A stretch of DNA of 64,000 bases. Origin: Atractiella rhizophila. Taxonomy: Eukaryota. Positions 26,951 to 40,290 of the stretch are shown here, piece after piece. Every line of letters begins with the position of its first letter. Position 1 is the stretch's first letter. The position numbers were made by a program, and so were the translations under genes. The notes beneath the pieces were generated by a model that was not told the origin of the DNA, did no database searches, and worked only from the letters and a program-made list of their open reading frames with translations. The stretch lies in assembly GCA_021432655.1 (NCBI GenBank), contig MU271397.1, positions 1-64,000 of the forward strand, in the 5' to 3' direction.

Positions 26951-29325
26951 CGTTGTCACTTCCTCCTCTTGTGACACTATCCGCTTTCTAGTTCAGACTA
27001 CGGATACCTCCAGTCTTCTTCTTTCTGTGTGCAGGAACGTTGGTCTTCCTTTCGCAAACCTCGCTCGGTGTCGTCCGTTTTCACTTGTGCAGGATTCATC
27101 ATTCTCCCCACCTGACCAAAACCTTTTCTTCTCGCGTCAGGCACTGACTTGCTTGACGTTAAAATGCTGTATGATGCCTCCACTTCATTCATTCATTAAA
27201 ATCCATAGATTTTCATAAACGTTCTCATTTGCAGGAGGCAGTTTGAACAAAACATTCTTCAAGTTGAAATGATCTTCTTTCTTACCTCTACGTAACAAGC
27301 AAAGTTAGAGTCTATCGCATTTAGAAAGTAACCTTTCGGTTTGATAGATTCACAATCCAGTAATCCACCAGTATTCGTTCATGAAATACGATCCAAAGAA
27401 AATAAGGAACCATCGGAACGAAAAACTCCAAACAAGGGGTATAAAGATCCTACAGTGCCGGCTATTTACCTTTCAATCTCATCGCATATCGCATCGATCT
27501 GGTCCGTGCGCTCCTTCTTGGTTTGGTTTTGCCAACTAGAGCAAGGCCTGTGCCACATTCAGCCCTTCAAGTTGCGAATGCGGCGTCGGGGCATTGCGAG
27601 CTTTTGAGATGGAGAAGGTGCAGGACGTGCTTCGGTTTCGTTTCGGCCAAATTTGTCTCTTGTTTTGGTGTTTTTGATGTTTTGATGTGACGCGTTCGCG
27701 CGCGTCGAGTCATCACGTCGTCTTTCGTTCAATTAACGACGAAGGCTGCTCGTCTTATGCGACTCTAGAGCTGAGCACGATGTAAACCTGAAAGTGTTGA
27801 AACATTGTTGGGTGATAGCGTACGAGGAATATTGGTGGAGATTTGAGGCGCAAGTGCGTAATACCACCCTGAACGTGAACTGTGGCAAATTGGCTATTTG
27901 AGAAGGAGTATGATTATCTGTTGAGTGATTTACGGTGCGGGACAAGCATCAAATATGTCAATCCCAGTCCATTTATTGATCCTTGCTCCTGGGCCTGCTC
28001 TTCACACGATCACTGCCGCATGTTATCAGCTGGAAGAGGCGGAAGACATAAAATCTCGATGCCTCGTCTTTCATCATGCGACACTAGCCCCAATTTTGCT
28101 CTTGATATTGTCTTGAAGCGAGCGCAATCGTCATGAACGCAAGTGTTGACATCAATCAAGCTTCCTTCATCGTACAGTCGTTGTGCCACGTAGCCCTGGC
28201 GTTTTACGCAGTATCTAAGCTGAAAACACTTCATGAAGCTGACATCATTCGGCAAATTACCTTTCTGATTTCAAAGGAAGCAAGTTGATTGCAGTTGCTT
28301 CCAAAAATCCTTTTTTTCGCTGAAGGCACGTGACCCTCTGAACTTGAGTACCAAGAACCCACGCCCCTTTATGAAGGACAGTATGTTCTGAACAGTTCAC
28401 TTTGCTAGTGAGACCGCTGTTGAACATTAAAGTGTTCTCTACGAACAACGATTCAAATTGGCGCAATTTGCATGCTTATTTGGGGTGCTGCGCGGTCAGG
28501 GCTTTCAAGATGACCTGACGATTTAGCGACAAGGTGCTGCTGTTCCCTGTTCATCACCTTCGTGCTCAGGGCGAGAAATTATTGTTTGGCGTCGTTTTCT
28601 GCAGCGACATCTGGGGCGAGTTGTTTTGCGAATCGTCCCCGCGCAAGCTTCGCAATTAGAAGTTGGCTCGTTGACGACCGTTACAAATCCAAGCCACGGT
28701 CGACGCGGTTCAATGAACATCAATGAATGTCAACAACCGTCTGTGTCAAACGTCGGCGAGCTTGTTTTTGGGGTCAATCACGCCCAAAACACCCCGCCTC
28801 GGCGGCAATATGGGGACGGCCCCATCCGTGCACAATCTGGGCTGAGGTGAGCGTCTAGCGTGTGCATCTCCCCATCCAGGCGTGCATCTCAACAAAGGGA
28901 GGACTGGTGAAAAGGCCAATGGATTTAAAGTTTTCGGTTGTTTTGGCTTCGGTTGTTTGGCCACGCCAGATCGGTGCACAAGGAATTGTCCGAGCGATCC
29001 ATACCCCCGGACAGCTTTGTGGACTTGTGTTGGAAAGATTTTGGCTTTCTTGTCAGTGTGTCGACAAGTCGTCCGCTTTACGCAGGCCTATTTAGGCAAA
29101 GGGAAATCAAGAAAGTCTTCTTTTCCTCCCGTTAACCAGTTCATGTCACCTAACGTCTCTTTCATGATCACGCAAGACGACTCCTTTGATGCAGGATACT
29201 TTCAAGAGCATCCTCAGAACTGCATGTCGCCTCGTCTTCTCAAATTTACACATACATCACTGAGGCCAAAACGCACGAGCGGTGGAGAGTCACATTTCCC
29301 TTCAAAAGTCAACTCTTCCCCCCCG

Positions 29326-31253
29326 ATGCGAACAGCCAGAATGCTGTTGCTTCAGCTCCTTCACACGTCGGCGACGTTGTTCTTGTTCTCCATGGTCTTT
29401 GTCGCTTCTTCCCTACCATCCGCATCCCTCCGCCCCCCAACTCCTCATAACGGCGATGGGTCTGCCATATTTGCGTTGGTGCGAATGGCAATGAATGCCT
29501 TGTCGTCCTTTCACAACTTCTCGCTTACTATTCCCAACCATGAATCGGTCAACTGGCCTTTGACGTTTCAGCGTGCAAAAGGTTGGCACGGCGTTGTGTC
29601 AGGGGAGCATGGCAATTCGTAAGTGTATTCTTTGACCTTCCTCATCGGAGTCACTGAAAAGGTCTGACAGATTGTCATCACGCTTCGCCGGGGACAAACT
29701 CTTCGTTGCTCTTTCACAAACACGAGCGACCTCGGTTTCTAGATATACGTTTCAATACGCGACTATACCTTCACGATTTTCTTCTCCTATTATCACTCCA
29801 GCCGATAAAATCTCAAAAGCGCCGTATCCGCCTCCCGCTTGTCCTCAATTGCTTGGGTATGGGAAAGGTCCCCTTGCACTAGAAGAGCAGTGCCTTTATC
29901 TCAACGTATTTGTACCAGAAGGATCTGAGCAAAGAGGAACTCTTCTTTACGTTCATGGCGGCTCTTTCCTCTGGGGTTCGTCCACAGAAGATGTCGAAGG
30001 AGAAGTTTTGGCAGCACGCACTGGTATGAACGTAGTGACCGTCAATTACCGTCTTGGCCTCAGTGGTTGGATGCCCATCCAAAGGGCAAATGGCACTGGC
30101 TGGGACGGGAATTGGGGTCTTCGAGATGTAATTGCTGCAATACGTAAGTCCGCTATTTGTCAGTCAAAGACGCTCAATTCCTTCGCAGAGTTTCTCCAAC
30201 CCATCCTTCCTTCCATGAACTCGTCACCAGACCTCCTCACCTTGATCGGCCATTCCTCCGGTGCCTCTCTTCTTCGCGCACTTCTCCTGGTTCCACCGGA
30301 GTTACTGCCGCGTATCACTTATAACCGCCTGATTCTGCACTCCGATCCTCTCAATTATGGGGAGAAGAATCAACACCTTATTTCCCAAATCGGGGAGCGT
30401 GTGGAAGAGCTCAAAGGTGCAACCCAGATCACCACCGTGGACTGGTTATCCGAACTTACAATGACAGAACTGCTTCTCCTCCAACAGAACTTAACGCAGA
30501 TGATGCCTCAAAATTATACCGACATCACTTCATCACCACTTTTCGGGCCTATGGTTGACGGCGAATACATCCCGTTTCCATCCTATGAAAGATATCACGA
30601 GAAGGACATCCTAATCACGACTACTAGAGTGCGTCAACACCCTCTTTGCTGTTCGTTGACTCATAGCGACATAGAACGAAGCTCTCCCTTCGATTTCTTC
30701 CACTCTCAGTCGTCGCACAGTCGACTTGCCCCATCCCCATTACGAGGACGTCATTACCCACTCAGTTGGTCTGCGGAGGAAAGATCGTATTCTAGCAAGT
30801 GGGCTCTACGATCCATCTCCAATGGCTCCATTGGATGTGCTCGAAGCGTTGGAAGCGATGGGCACCGACATGGTCTGGGCTTGTCCATCGCTTCTTGTTG
30901 CTTCGCGGCCCCAAAGCAGAGTCTACCTTGCTGAATTCCACTCTGGCCTTCGCCATCGAATGAATACAGCTTTTGAAGACTGTGGAAAGGAGGCAGTATG
31001 TCATGGAGACGACATTTCTCTTCTTTTTGATCGGGGAAACGAATCGATGGCATTGAAAGAGGAGGTGGCGGCGAGGTGGAAAGCATTCGTGATGTCAGGG
31101 AATCCAAACGTCCGTGGTGCGTTCGAAGGGTGGAGAAAAGGCACGATAAGAGTTTTGGGGAAAGATCAGGAGGAGGTGGATACACGAGAGAGGCTACGAA
31201 TATGTCGCATTTGGGAGTCTGAGATTGGATTCGACTATCAAATTTGGGCTTAA
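29326..31253 (+). CDS. Secreted carboxylesterase type B (alpha/beta hydrolase)
   Basis: CPQ, EEQCLYLNVFVP, YVHGGSF, VNYRLG, GNWGLRD, GHSSGA nucleophile, NE acid after an intron, CHGDD; hydrophobic N-terminus. Start is tentative (29326 or 29341). Confidence 0.88.
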
Positions 31254-31861
31254 AGGATCAAGGGGTCCCTTTTTCAGAGATTTCAAAACTGTACAGAAAC
31301 ATTTTCACTAGGTCGACAGCCTTACGCATTCATTCAGGCATTTTCTACAAAATGGCTGTCGATCCACGTTCGGCCACTGCATGCTTTCGTGTTAATACTT
31401 TTAGAATTCAATGTTCCTTCTCAAGACAGGATAGAAACTGTCAATAATGAAATCTCTTTAATCAATGGCTTTAGGACAACTTGCACCGTACCTAAGTGGC
31501 AGAACATCCTGAGTTTTTGTAATGATGAATTAGCAGCCTCCCATCACCAGGTAAACAATCCGCCATCCCGATTTTGAGGGGAAAGACTGCACTGCACAAT
31601 CTCACAAATTTGGCGTCGAGAATAATTATACAATTAAACCATAGTATGGAACTGGGTAGGAAGAAGAATCGAAACGGCCTGAAACCGAAAAGAGGAAGAG
31701 TGAACGTGTCTGTTGCGGAAATTCGGTAGTGGATATGTAAAGAACGTTGTCAAGCCATGCGAAACTGCGACTGAAAATCCAAACTTTGCTTGAAGATACG
31801 CCAAGAAGGAATAAAATTAAATAATCAGTACTGAAATTTTTCGACCTTCGTGTATGCCCTT

Positions 31862-34800
31862 TTAATTGTCATCCAAAAACGTGAAGCTCCCTGTGCTACT
31901 AAAACTGTGTAAATAAAAATCGGGGACGGCGAGGTTTTCCAGAGAGATGTTAGTCGATAACGTCGGGGCATCACCTTTTTGAGGCGACTCTGCAGATTTT
32001 GGGCTCAATGTTGGAGCAGAAGATTTGGACGCGGGGCCAAGAGAGGCAGCCGTGGACAGAGCTGGAGTAGTATTGGACTTTTTGACGGTAGGCGGAGCAG
32101 AGACTGGCGCAGGAGAGGAAAAAGAGGGCGACAAGGGAGTCGTGGGTTTTGACGACGACGGGGAGACATCGAAGTTGACTGTTCAGTCCGATCTATCAGC
32201 TGTAAACATCCACGGAAGCAACAGGAGCTCACAATTTCCTAAACCAACGAGAGGAAGACTAGTCGACCCAACCAATCCGAGACTGCTCTGACTCCTCCTC
32301 AACTTCCCCTGGTTTTCTTGCTGGCGAAGTTTAAGTTCCCTCAACTTGTTGGCACATCGCGCAGGTCCTACTTCCCTCCTCATATACTCCCTCGTCCTCT
32401 GTTCCACCTTCTTAGCTGTCAAGGCCTCCCATTCGTCTCCCCAGAGCTCTTCAGCAAGTCCGTGATAACGCTGATCCTTTAGGTCCACGTTAAATCTGAA
32501 GTATTTGTCATCCATCCCCGCTCGTCTTTCAACTCTCTCGTTAACGCGTTCACAACCTTCAGAGATGTCGACAACCCCACGAATAACTTTGGCTTTCGAC
32601 TTCCCCATCTTGCGCTCCCGGCCCATCTCAAACCAACTTTCACCCAACTTCCCAGTCCCAACGGAAACGATCAAGTCGAGCTCTCTCGAAGGATAAACTT
32701 TTGCAACTTCCTCCAACGCTTCCAAGACCGGATTGTTGAACTCGAGATCCCTCGGACCCTGAGCCCCTTCAATGGGTTCCATCCCGTCCAATGAAATAGG
32801 TTTGAAAAAAGAGGGAACAGCATTCGTCGCCCTTGCAGCTTGCCAAATCTGCACTTCATCCCTATCGTCGCCTTCCTCGACCTCATAACTCCTGATTGGT
32901 CGTGGTTTCCCGTTCCTCCCCCTTTGAGCAAGAACGAAGCTCCTACACCCTTCAGGCTCTCCGGCACTTCCGTTACCAGACATAGGGACGCTAGTCGCGT
33001 TCGCATTTCTTCCGTCCGTACTGTTGCTTCTATCTCTCATTTTCGCACCAGCGTCCCGCTCCACCCTGCCGACCACACCCTGCATTTCCCTCTCAAGATT
33101 TCGGGCACTGAACCTCGTCTTCCCTAAGAAAGCAGAGAGCGCTCCCTTCTCCTTCCCGAAGACTCCCCGGGCCATGTCAAGATAAGTATCCTTCGCTGTC
33201 TCTACATCCATCTGCAGTCTGCCGAGTAAGATGGCTATCAATCCACCTGTCGAGCTCCCGCAGATGAGATCGAAGTAGTCGCACGGTTTTGGGGTAAATG
33301 GCAGCCCTGAAGCACGGCGGATCAAGTCCATAAGTTCCTGAAGGATGACGAGTATCATAAGTCCCCTTGTTCCTCCTCCATCAAGTGAGAGGACGCGGAG
33401 AGGCATAGGTCCATCACTAGACCGGGTCGAAGAGGCAGACAGAGGGACTGATTTGAGTTCGGCTTCCGGACGAGGAGGTTTGGCGCTGGCACCAAGGGAG
33501 ATGGATGTCGGTCGATGTGCTCCATTTGTTGGGGGCTGCGATTGAGGTTGCGAACCTGGTTTCGACGCAGCCTTGTCGTTCGTAGGCTTGTCAATGGTTA
33601 TCACTGGAGCAGGTGATGACGGAGTTTGTGGCAATGAGGGCTCTTTTGAAGGTCGTTGAGGAGCAGAGCGATCGTCCATCTTCAGTGGCGCGATGGGAGC
33701 AGGTGACACAACTTTTGTGGCGGCTGCTGGAGGTTGTTCCTTAGTGGAGACCGCTTTCGTTGGCTCGGGAGGAGGCAAAAGGACCTTCTCCGCAGGAGGG
33801 GGAGGAAGAGATGTTTCTTTAGCAGCTGGTGGAGGAGAGGACTCCTTGAACGTTGCTTGGGTAGGTGTTTGGGCTGTTGAAGGATCTGTGGCTAATACTT
33901 CAATCTCCGGTTCTTCTTTCTTCGCTTCATCGACCTCTGAAGCTCTGGACGGGCTGGAAGCGAATGATTCCCGTGTACTGCTCCGCCTCATCAACACCGG
34001 GCTCTTCATCTCCTCAGGTTCGTTACTCAAGTCCTTCGTCGTGATGCTCCCGCTCAGACTCGGCATCCGAATATGACCAGAAGCTTCCCTCTCTTTCCTC
34101 GCCCTCGCCTTCTCCGCCGCTTCTTGGAAGATGTTCGGTCCAGCACTTGCAGGCTTTGACTCTCCAAACTCGCCAATTGACGACGCAGCACGACGCTCTC
34201 CCCCATCGCCGGACGATCCATCAACTACGCGTCCCACTTTCGGAGCCCATATCGAGCTCGCGCTGCGTTGAGGCATGTCACCTGGCGACATGGATTTCCT
34301 CGTTGGGACCGACCCGGTGAGAGAACGCGAGACGGGAGGTTTGGGAGGAGGCATGACGATTCCCTTCCCACTGTCCTGCTTGAGTGCGGGCTGGGTATCG
34401 AAACACCAGTTCATGAAAGCATCTCTCTTCTTGCCCGGGGTATCTAAACTTGCTACGTCTGCGCCGGAGGCTGAGGTAAAAGCTTCGAATGTCGGACCGC
34501 GCATTTGGACGGAAAGCTTAAAGAGGCGAGGGAGGGATTGGAGGTCAGTCTCCAAGTCGGCTGCGTCTTGGGAAGCCCAGACGGAGGTATCAATGTCGTC
34601 GTTCAGCCCGTAAAACTCGACGGCAGATGTGATTTTCCCCCTCATTTCCTCCAACGACGCCTGCGTCCGACCAAGGTTGAGCACGAGGAGGGCCATCCGG
34701 TCTTTTTCAGAGTCGAGGGAGTTGACAAAAAGTTGACAATCGAACAGGACCCTGAAGAGACTAAGTAAGCATAGCAGTTCAGAACCGAACACCATCCATT

Positions 34801-35417
34801 GCAGGCGGAGGAAAAGCGCACCCTTGCAAACGAAAGACATGAGATGGGTCCTTATTCGTGACGCTCCCCGGTGTGAGAGGAGACGGCGGGGGAGTTAAGC
34901 CAGCGGGTGGGTTCGAGAGGGAAGACGACGACTCGAACTTTTTGCGTACCCCCAACAGCAGTTGGGCAGCCCGTTCAGTGAGCCGAAGTGTTTGTGATTC
35001 GAGCACCTGGATCCTCTCGCATGCCTCCCACATCGCACGGAACACCTGTTATGGTCCAACATCAGAGACATGCTACTTGCGATTGTATGCAACAGAAAGT
35101 CGTGGCTGATAAAGAAAAGCAAGTCAATAGCACTTTTTTTTGGCAGGGGAGAATTAGTTTTCTCCTTTTCCTCGCTCAAAGCGTTCTCAGCCGCTTCTCA
35201 GGCTCAGGTTCGAAATAACCCCTTCCCCAACAACCCACTGCGCAGACAGAGCACATACCTTGAAAGAGGTGCTAAAATCCTGCCTCGGATTGGCATCAGC
35301 GAGGGACAGCTTGACATTGAGCGCCTTCTGGACGATAGGAGGTGTCATGCGTGCCGGTGGGAGAGTCGACTTGCGCTGAGGGGCAGGGGTGAGCGAGGCA
35401 CGAGAGCTGACAGACAT
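31862..35417 (-). CDS. Patatin-like phospholipase domain protein with long Pro/Ser-rich linker
   Basis: LSLDGGGTRG, PCDYFDLICGSSTGGLIA, IWQAARAT, NNP, IVSVGTG, YFRFNV. Confidence 0.85.
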
Positions 35418-35902
35418 GTTGCCTCGCCGGGGTCAGTTTGACGTGCTGAGCGCTAGAACAGCAGATGCAGCAGACTCCGTCGCTAGTTCGGTCGAGGTGC
35501 CACGACTTGGCGAGTTTTTCGTGGTCCAAGCTGCGAAGACGATCGACGGAACTTGAAGAGCAGGTCCACTAGCAGTAACTTTACCCTTCAGGAAACTACG
35601 AAATTTGAGAAATCAGTAGTTGCGCTATGTTGTCACTTGCCTGGATAAAGACACTTTTAAGCAGAACAGAATATAAGTCGAGAGAAACGACGATAGGATG
35701 GACATTTTCAAGAGAATGAAGGGCAATAAGATATGGTAAAATACAGCCTCTGCGCGACCTAGTTATCATGCGTTCCAGCTCAAAAGAGCAAAGAAGGAGA
35801 AAGAAAGGGTAACCAAACAAACAGCATTTCCACAACCAAAAATGCATCTACTTATTGTAAACGGGTCGAAACAAGATCCGAATCTGAACTGTCGAATGAG
35901 AA

Positions 35903-38900
35903 TCAAAAGACGTCGTTATCGTGAGGGCAGTTGTCGGTATCATGATCAAAGCTCTCGCAATTCGAGCAATAGAGCTTCCTATCCTTCTTGTCTGTAGGTG
36001 CAGCACCCTCCTCCTCCTCATCTAATCCCAAGAAAATAGGACAATCTTCAAGCGAGTGTCCCCTCCCGCACATCTCGCACGGTTCCGAGCCATCGGGCGA
36101 AATATGGCCATTCGAAAGGTGCCGTTGCGACGATGGAGGGGTGGAGGAATGAATCGAGGCGTTGCTCGGGGCTTGAGGTCCTCCCTGTCCGACCATTTTT
36201 CGCAACTTCCTTACTTCGGCGTCGAGCTCCTCTTCCCTGAAGACTTTAGACTCCACTAAAGCTTCAAGTTCGCTCACTTCCTGGTTCAAGGCCTTCACTT
36301 CTCGAGCAGACTTCTTCGCCATCTCTTCCATCTTCGCCTTCAAGCTCGCAATCTCTTCATCTCGACCGAGTGCAGGGGAAGTGGGTGGGATGAGAGTGCG
36401 ACCATTCTCGCCCAATTCTTTCGTGAGATTGACGACCGTGGCCTCCAAAGCGATGTGAGCGTCCCTGTAGATACCATACCATTAGCGGGACCAATCATGA
36501 AGATGCTGAACAACATACTTAAGAGTGTCCATTTGGACTTCCAAAGACATCTTTTCCTCCATCAACTTCTTATTCTCGTCCGACAGATTCTTGACCAAGA
36601 TCTTGTACCCCGAGACTTGCTCTTCCATATCTCCCTCACCTCCCACACTCCTCCTAGATCCACCCGACTGCCTGCCCGCTTCCGAAAGTCGTTGTCTAAG
36701 CAGCTTGATCTCGTCGTCCCTCGCCTGCAATTCGATCCTGAGTTTGTTCGACGATGTTTCCTCATCCCCACCAGTTCCAGAACCAGAGGCGAGGACTGAA
36801 TCGAGTTCTTTCTTAAGACGCTTCTTCTCCTCCCTCTCTACCTCCAAAGCCTTCTGCATCCTCTTCAACTCCTTATCCAGATCCATCCCTCCACCTCCCG
36901 AACTCATCTCCCTCAACCTCTCCACCTCAGCCCTCTCATTCTCCAGCGCAATCTGACTCTCCAAGAAAGCCTCCTCCAGCTCCCCACTCCTTTGAATAGC
37001 CTTCTCCTCCGCACCAGTAGCGCGCTCCACCTGCTCCTTGAGCGTCTTGAGCTCCCTCCTCAACGTGGATTCGACATCATTACTCTTCTGTCTCCTCCGC
37101 TTAGTATCCGCCATCTCCTTCTCCAAGTGTCCCCTCGCCTCCGCCAACTGCTCCTCTAAGCTCCCAACCTTCGTACTCAAGTGCTCCACTTCTGCCTTCA
37201 GCGTCTCATTGTCGATCACGGCCGCTGAAGTCTGAATGGCGGCGAGTTGGGCAGGATCCGAGCGCGCCTCTACTTCTGCTTTATACTTCTCAAGATTCTG
37301 AAGGGCAGATTCGGCCTCTTGTTCAGCTTCAGCACGCAATTGTTCGGATGATGCGATCCGTTCCTCGTACACGCTGCAAAGCGCTTGACCAGCCTCTCGT
37401 AGCTCCTCAAATTGAGCCTCTAGGTCCTTTCGATCTTCTGCGGCAGCGTCAGATTGCTCCAACATCTTCCGCTCCAACTCCTTCGTCTCCTTTCGCATCG
37501 TGTCGATTTCCGAATCTCTCGCAGCCAGTAAGGCTTTGAAAGAAGAGAGAGACTCCCCTTCCTTGTCCTTTTCACGACTCACACTCTCCCCTAACTCCTT
37601 CAACTTGTTCTCTAGATCCTTAATCCGCCCCATCGAAGCTTTGACCGACCCTTCTTCGCTCTCTAGTCTCTTCTTCCACTCCTCTTCTTTTCTCCTCCAC
37701 TCCATCTCCGCCTCCTCCTTCTTCTTCAAAGCCTCCATCCTCGCATCCACCTCATCGTCTCTCACCAATCTAACCTCCACCAATTCCCTTTCCCTCTCTC
37801 CAAGCAAGCTCTTCAATCTCGACACGTCCCGCTTCAATCCCTCCATCTGCGCCTTCATCCCCTCGCTTTCCTCCTCAAAATCCGCCTTCAAATCCCTCAA
37901 ATTCGCTTCCGCCGCAATGCTCGCCCGACTCGAGCTCCTACTATGGCCCAGTCCGCTCTCCGACCGCTTATGGCCCAACTGACTCTCGCTACGCTTGTGC
38001 CCAAGTTGGCTCTCGCTCCTCTTCCTCGCTAATCCAGCACTGCTCGGGGGTCGACTCAAAGGGGCCGGTGAGGGGAGGACAGGGGTTATGGGTATGGAGG
38101 CTGAAAGTGGTCCCCTGTCTCGATCCAACACGCTATGGCTAGTACCAAGCGACAGTCGAGCGGTTCCTCCTGGTCCCAGACTTTTACGACCGCCATTGGA
38201 GAGATAAGGAACGCCGATCCCGCTCATCCTCTTTGCTCGTGGCGTGGTAGTGGTGCTGGCCGCACTAGCTGTGGAAGCGGTGCTCGAGTTGAGAGGCTTA
38301 GAAGGGGATGGAGGGGGTTTGGCGAATGAGGATGCGAGCTTCTCGGGAGAAGAAGGACGGGACTTCCGCGCTGCCCCTCCACCACCTAGCGAAGGGGTGC
38401 TGGCCATCGAGTAGGAGAGTTTCTCGGGCGAAGAAGGACGGGATTTGCGTGCAGCAGCTGAGGGTGTGGGACCGGATGTCGTGGATGAGAGCGTTTCTGA
38501 TCGCACGCGAGTGGATTTGGACGGAGAGACGGGGTGCGCGGGAAGGTGTTTGGCGAGTTTGGAAGTGGCTTTTGGGGTCGTGTGTGCGGCGGAGAGCGAA
38601 ATCACAGATGAAGGAGTTGGAGCGGGTATGAGAGAGATCTTGTCTGGTGCGGTAAAGATTCCACATTGCGGCTCGCAGGTGAAATATGCCACACTTGGTC
38701 CATCTTCAATCATTCCTTCGCAGCATAAATTAAGAGAAGAACGAACCCAGCAACGCTTCCATCGTTTTTCCCCTTGCCCCTGTCGCTTCCTTCCAGCTCC
38801 ACACCGGCCCAAATGCCCTTCTTGCCCTTAATCTCGCCCAAGTACCTGAGTGTCCCGCTGACCCCCATATTCTCGACCCTGACACGATCGCCGACGACAG

Positions 38901-39144
38901 GGGCGGCATTCGGATCCCTAGGAGACAGCGCGGACGCCTCAGGCAAAGGGGGAGGAGGAGAGCCGGACGGAGTGGACGACCGCGGCGTGCCCATGTTGGA
39001 GGAGCGCAGGTTGATGGCTGACGGCCGCCGGAGCGAGCGTCCTGGGCCGGGGAGGGAGGAGGCGGTGGAGACATGGGACACTGAGGAGCTGAAGGACGTG
39101 TCAGACGCTTTCCTCAGCAGCGACGGCGATGTGTTCTTCTGCAT
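35903..39144 (-). CDS. BIK1: CAP-Gly / coiled-coil / zinc-knuckle microtubule plus-end protein (CLIP-170/Bik1/Tip1-like)
   Basis: GDRVRV...WAGVEL...GKNDGSV CAP-Gly, long coiled coil, two CxxC..H....C knuckles, acidic-aromatic C-terminus (DNDVF). Confidence 0.85.
37943..38023 (-). repeat. 3 x 27-bp coding tandem repeat (KRSESQLGH)
   Basis: KRSESQLGH-KRSESQLGH-KRSESGLGH inside the CLIP-170-like gene; units differ at synonymous positions. Confidence 0.85.
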
Positions 39145-39352
39145 CCTTCTTCCACTTAATCAAACCAATACGTTATGACGTTCGTGGTCGTTATCGTTCA
39201 CTTCGCAACACGTGCAATAATACATTTATGCCGATTGCAGTCAGCCTATCAACTCATGCTAACCCATTATTTACGTCCAGTACTCAATGACAAATGTGAA
39301 GCGAAATCCAGAAAATATTAAAAAATTGAAAGAAATTGCAAAAAGCGCAGGC

Positions 39353-40097
39353 TCAGACCTTCTGCTTCTTGTTCGCGTCGTCACCAAATCGTTCAGCCCT
39401 CTTGCGCTTACGTTCCTCTTCCTCTTTCGCCGCTGGATCCTGGAACCTGTCCATCCTTTGTTTCCTGCGTGACTCTTCTTCCCCATCGACCGCCTTGTCC
39501 CTTGCTCCTCCACGACCACCCCGTCCCTTCCTCTCGCGAAGTGGTTTATCCAACTTGCTCCCCTGCACACACACATCATAATCATCATCAACCCTCACTT
39601 CCGTCCATGAGAAAAGGATATACCTGAACTTCACTCAGCTTCGTGCTCCCAAACCTCTTAGCCCTCTCCAGCTTTTTCAGCTCCTCATCTTCCTCCGGAT
39701 TCGACCCAAACTTCTCAGCCCTCTTCTTCCTCTTTTCAATCTCCACGTCAATCTCGTTCTTCTCCTTCTCGCCTCCACCCTCACCCTCACCCTCCTTCGT
39801 GGCCGATGATGTGGCTGCTGTCTCTTGTGCTGGAGGAGCAGCGGTCGCAGTCGTGGCCTGAGAGGGTGCGTTGGCTGCTACAGGCGCAGCAGGTGGAGCA
39901 GGCGCCTTGGCAGACGAAGCATAATGGGCTACGAGCCTAGCAACCAGCTCGTCTTTCTTTCCCGTGGTAGGAAGAGATTGTTTCGTCAACAGATCCTGTA
40001 CAACGCGTCAATGCCCAACGCGGCGATAGGGCATTAATAAATATCCACATACCTTCAGTTCTGCGACCTTCAACGCTTTGAGCTCTTTTTCTTCCAT
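39353..40097 (-). CDS. THO1: SAP-domain ribonucleoprotein (Tho1/SARNP-like)
   Basis: LKALKVAELKDLLTKQSLPTTGKKDELVARL SAP domain plus repeated KRAEKFG/RAKRFG/KRAERFG motifs. Confidence 0.82.
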
Positions 40098-40290
40098 CTT
40101 TCCTAGTTTCTTCACAAAACTGACAAATAATACCGTGGTTGACAGTCAATGTCTTCGCGGAATCAAAAGAGCACGTGCTTCATTGCGACCAGTCAATCCC
40201 ATTGTCACAGGAAGAAAGCAGGGAATAGGTCTGGTACGCGTCTAGTTCCTAGCTGGGATGAGCGCCACTCAGAGGCACGAAGGAGAACAG

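Noticed and set aside
25964..26974. 336-aa plus-strand ORF
   Set aside because: Antisense shadow of the GC-rich DUF3844-like gene. The same applies to shadow ORFs over the patatin, CLIP-170-like, GCN5 and DUF1765-like genes.
27200..29300. Gene-poor gap with short ORFs, small palindromes (gacgcg...cgcgtc; caaattg...caatttg) and an upstream extension of ORF 28882-29622
   Set aside because: No family motifs, palindromes too short to be meaningful, and the esterase signal peptide favours a later start.
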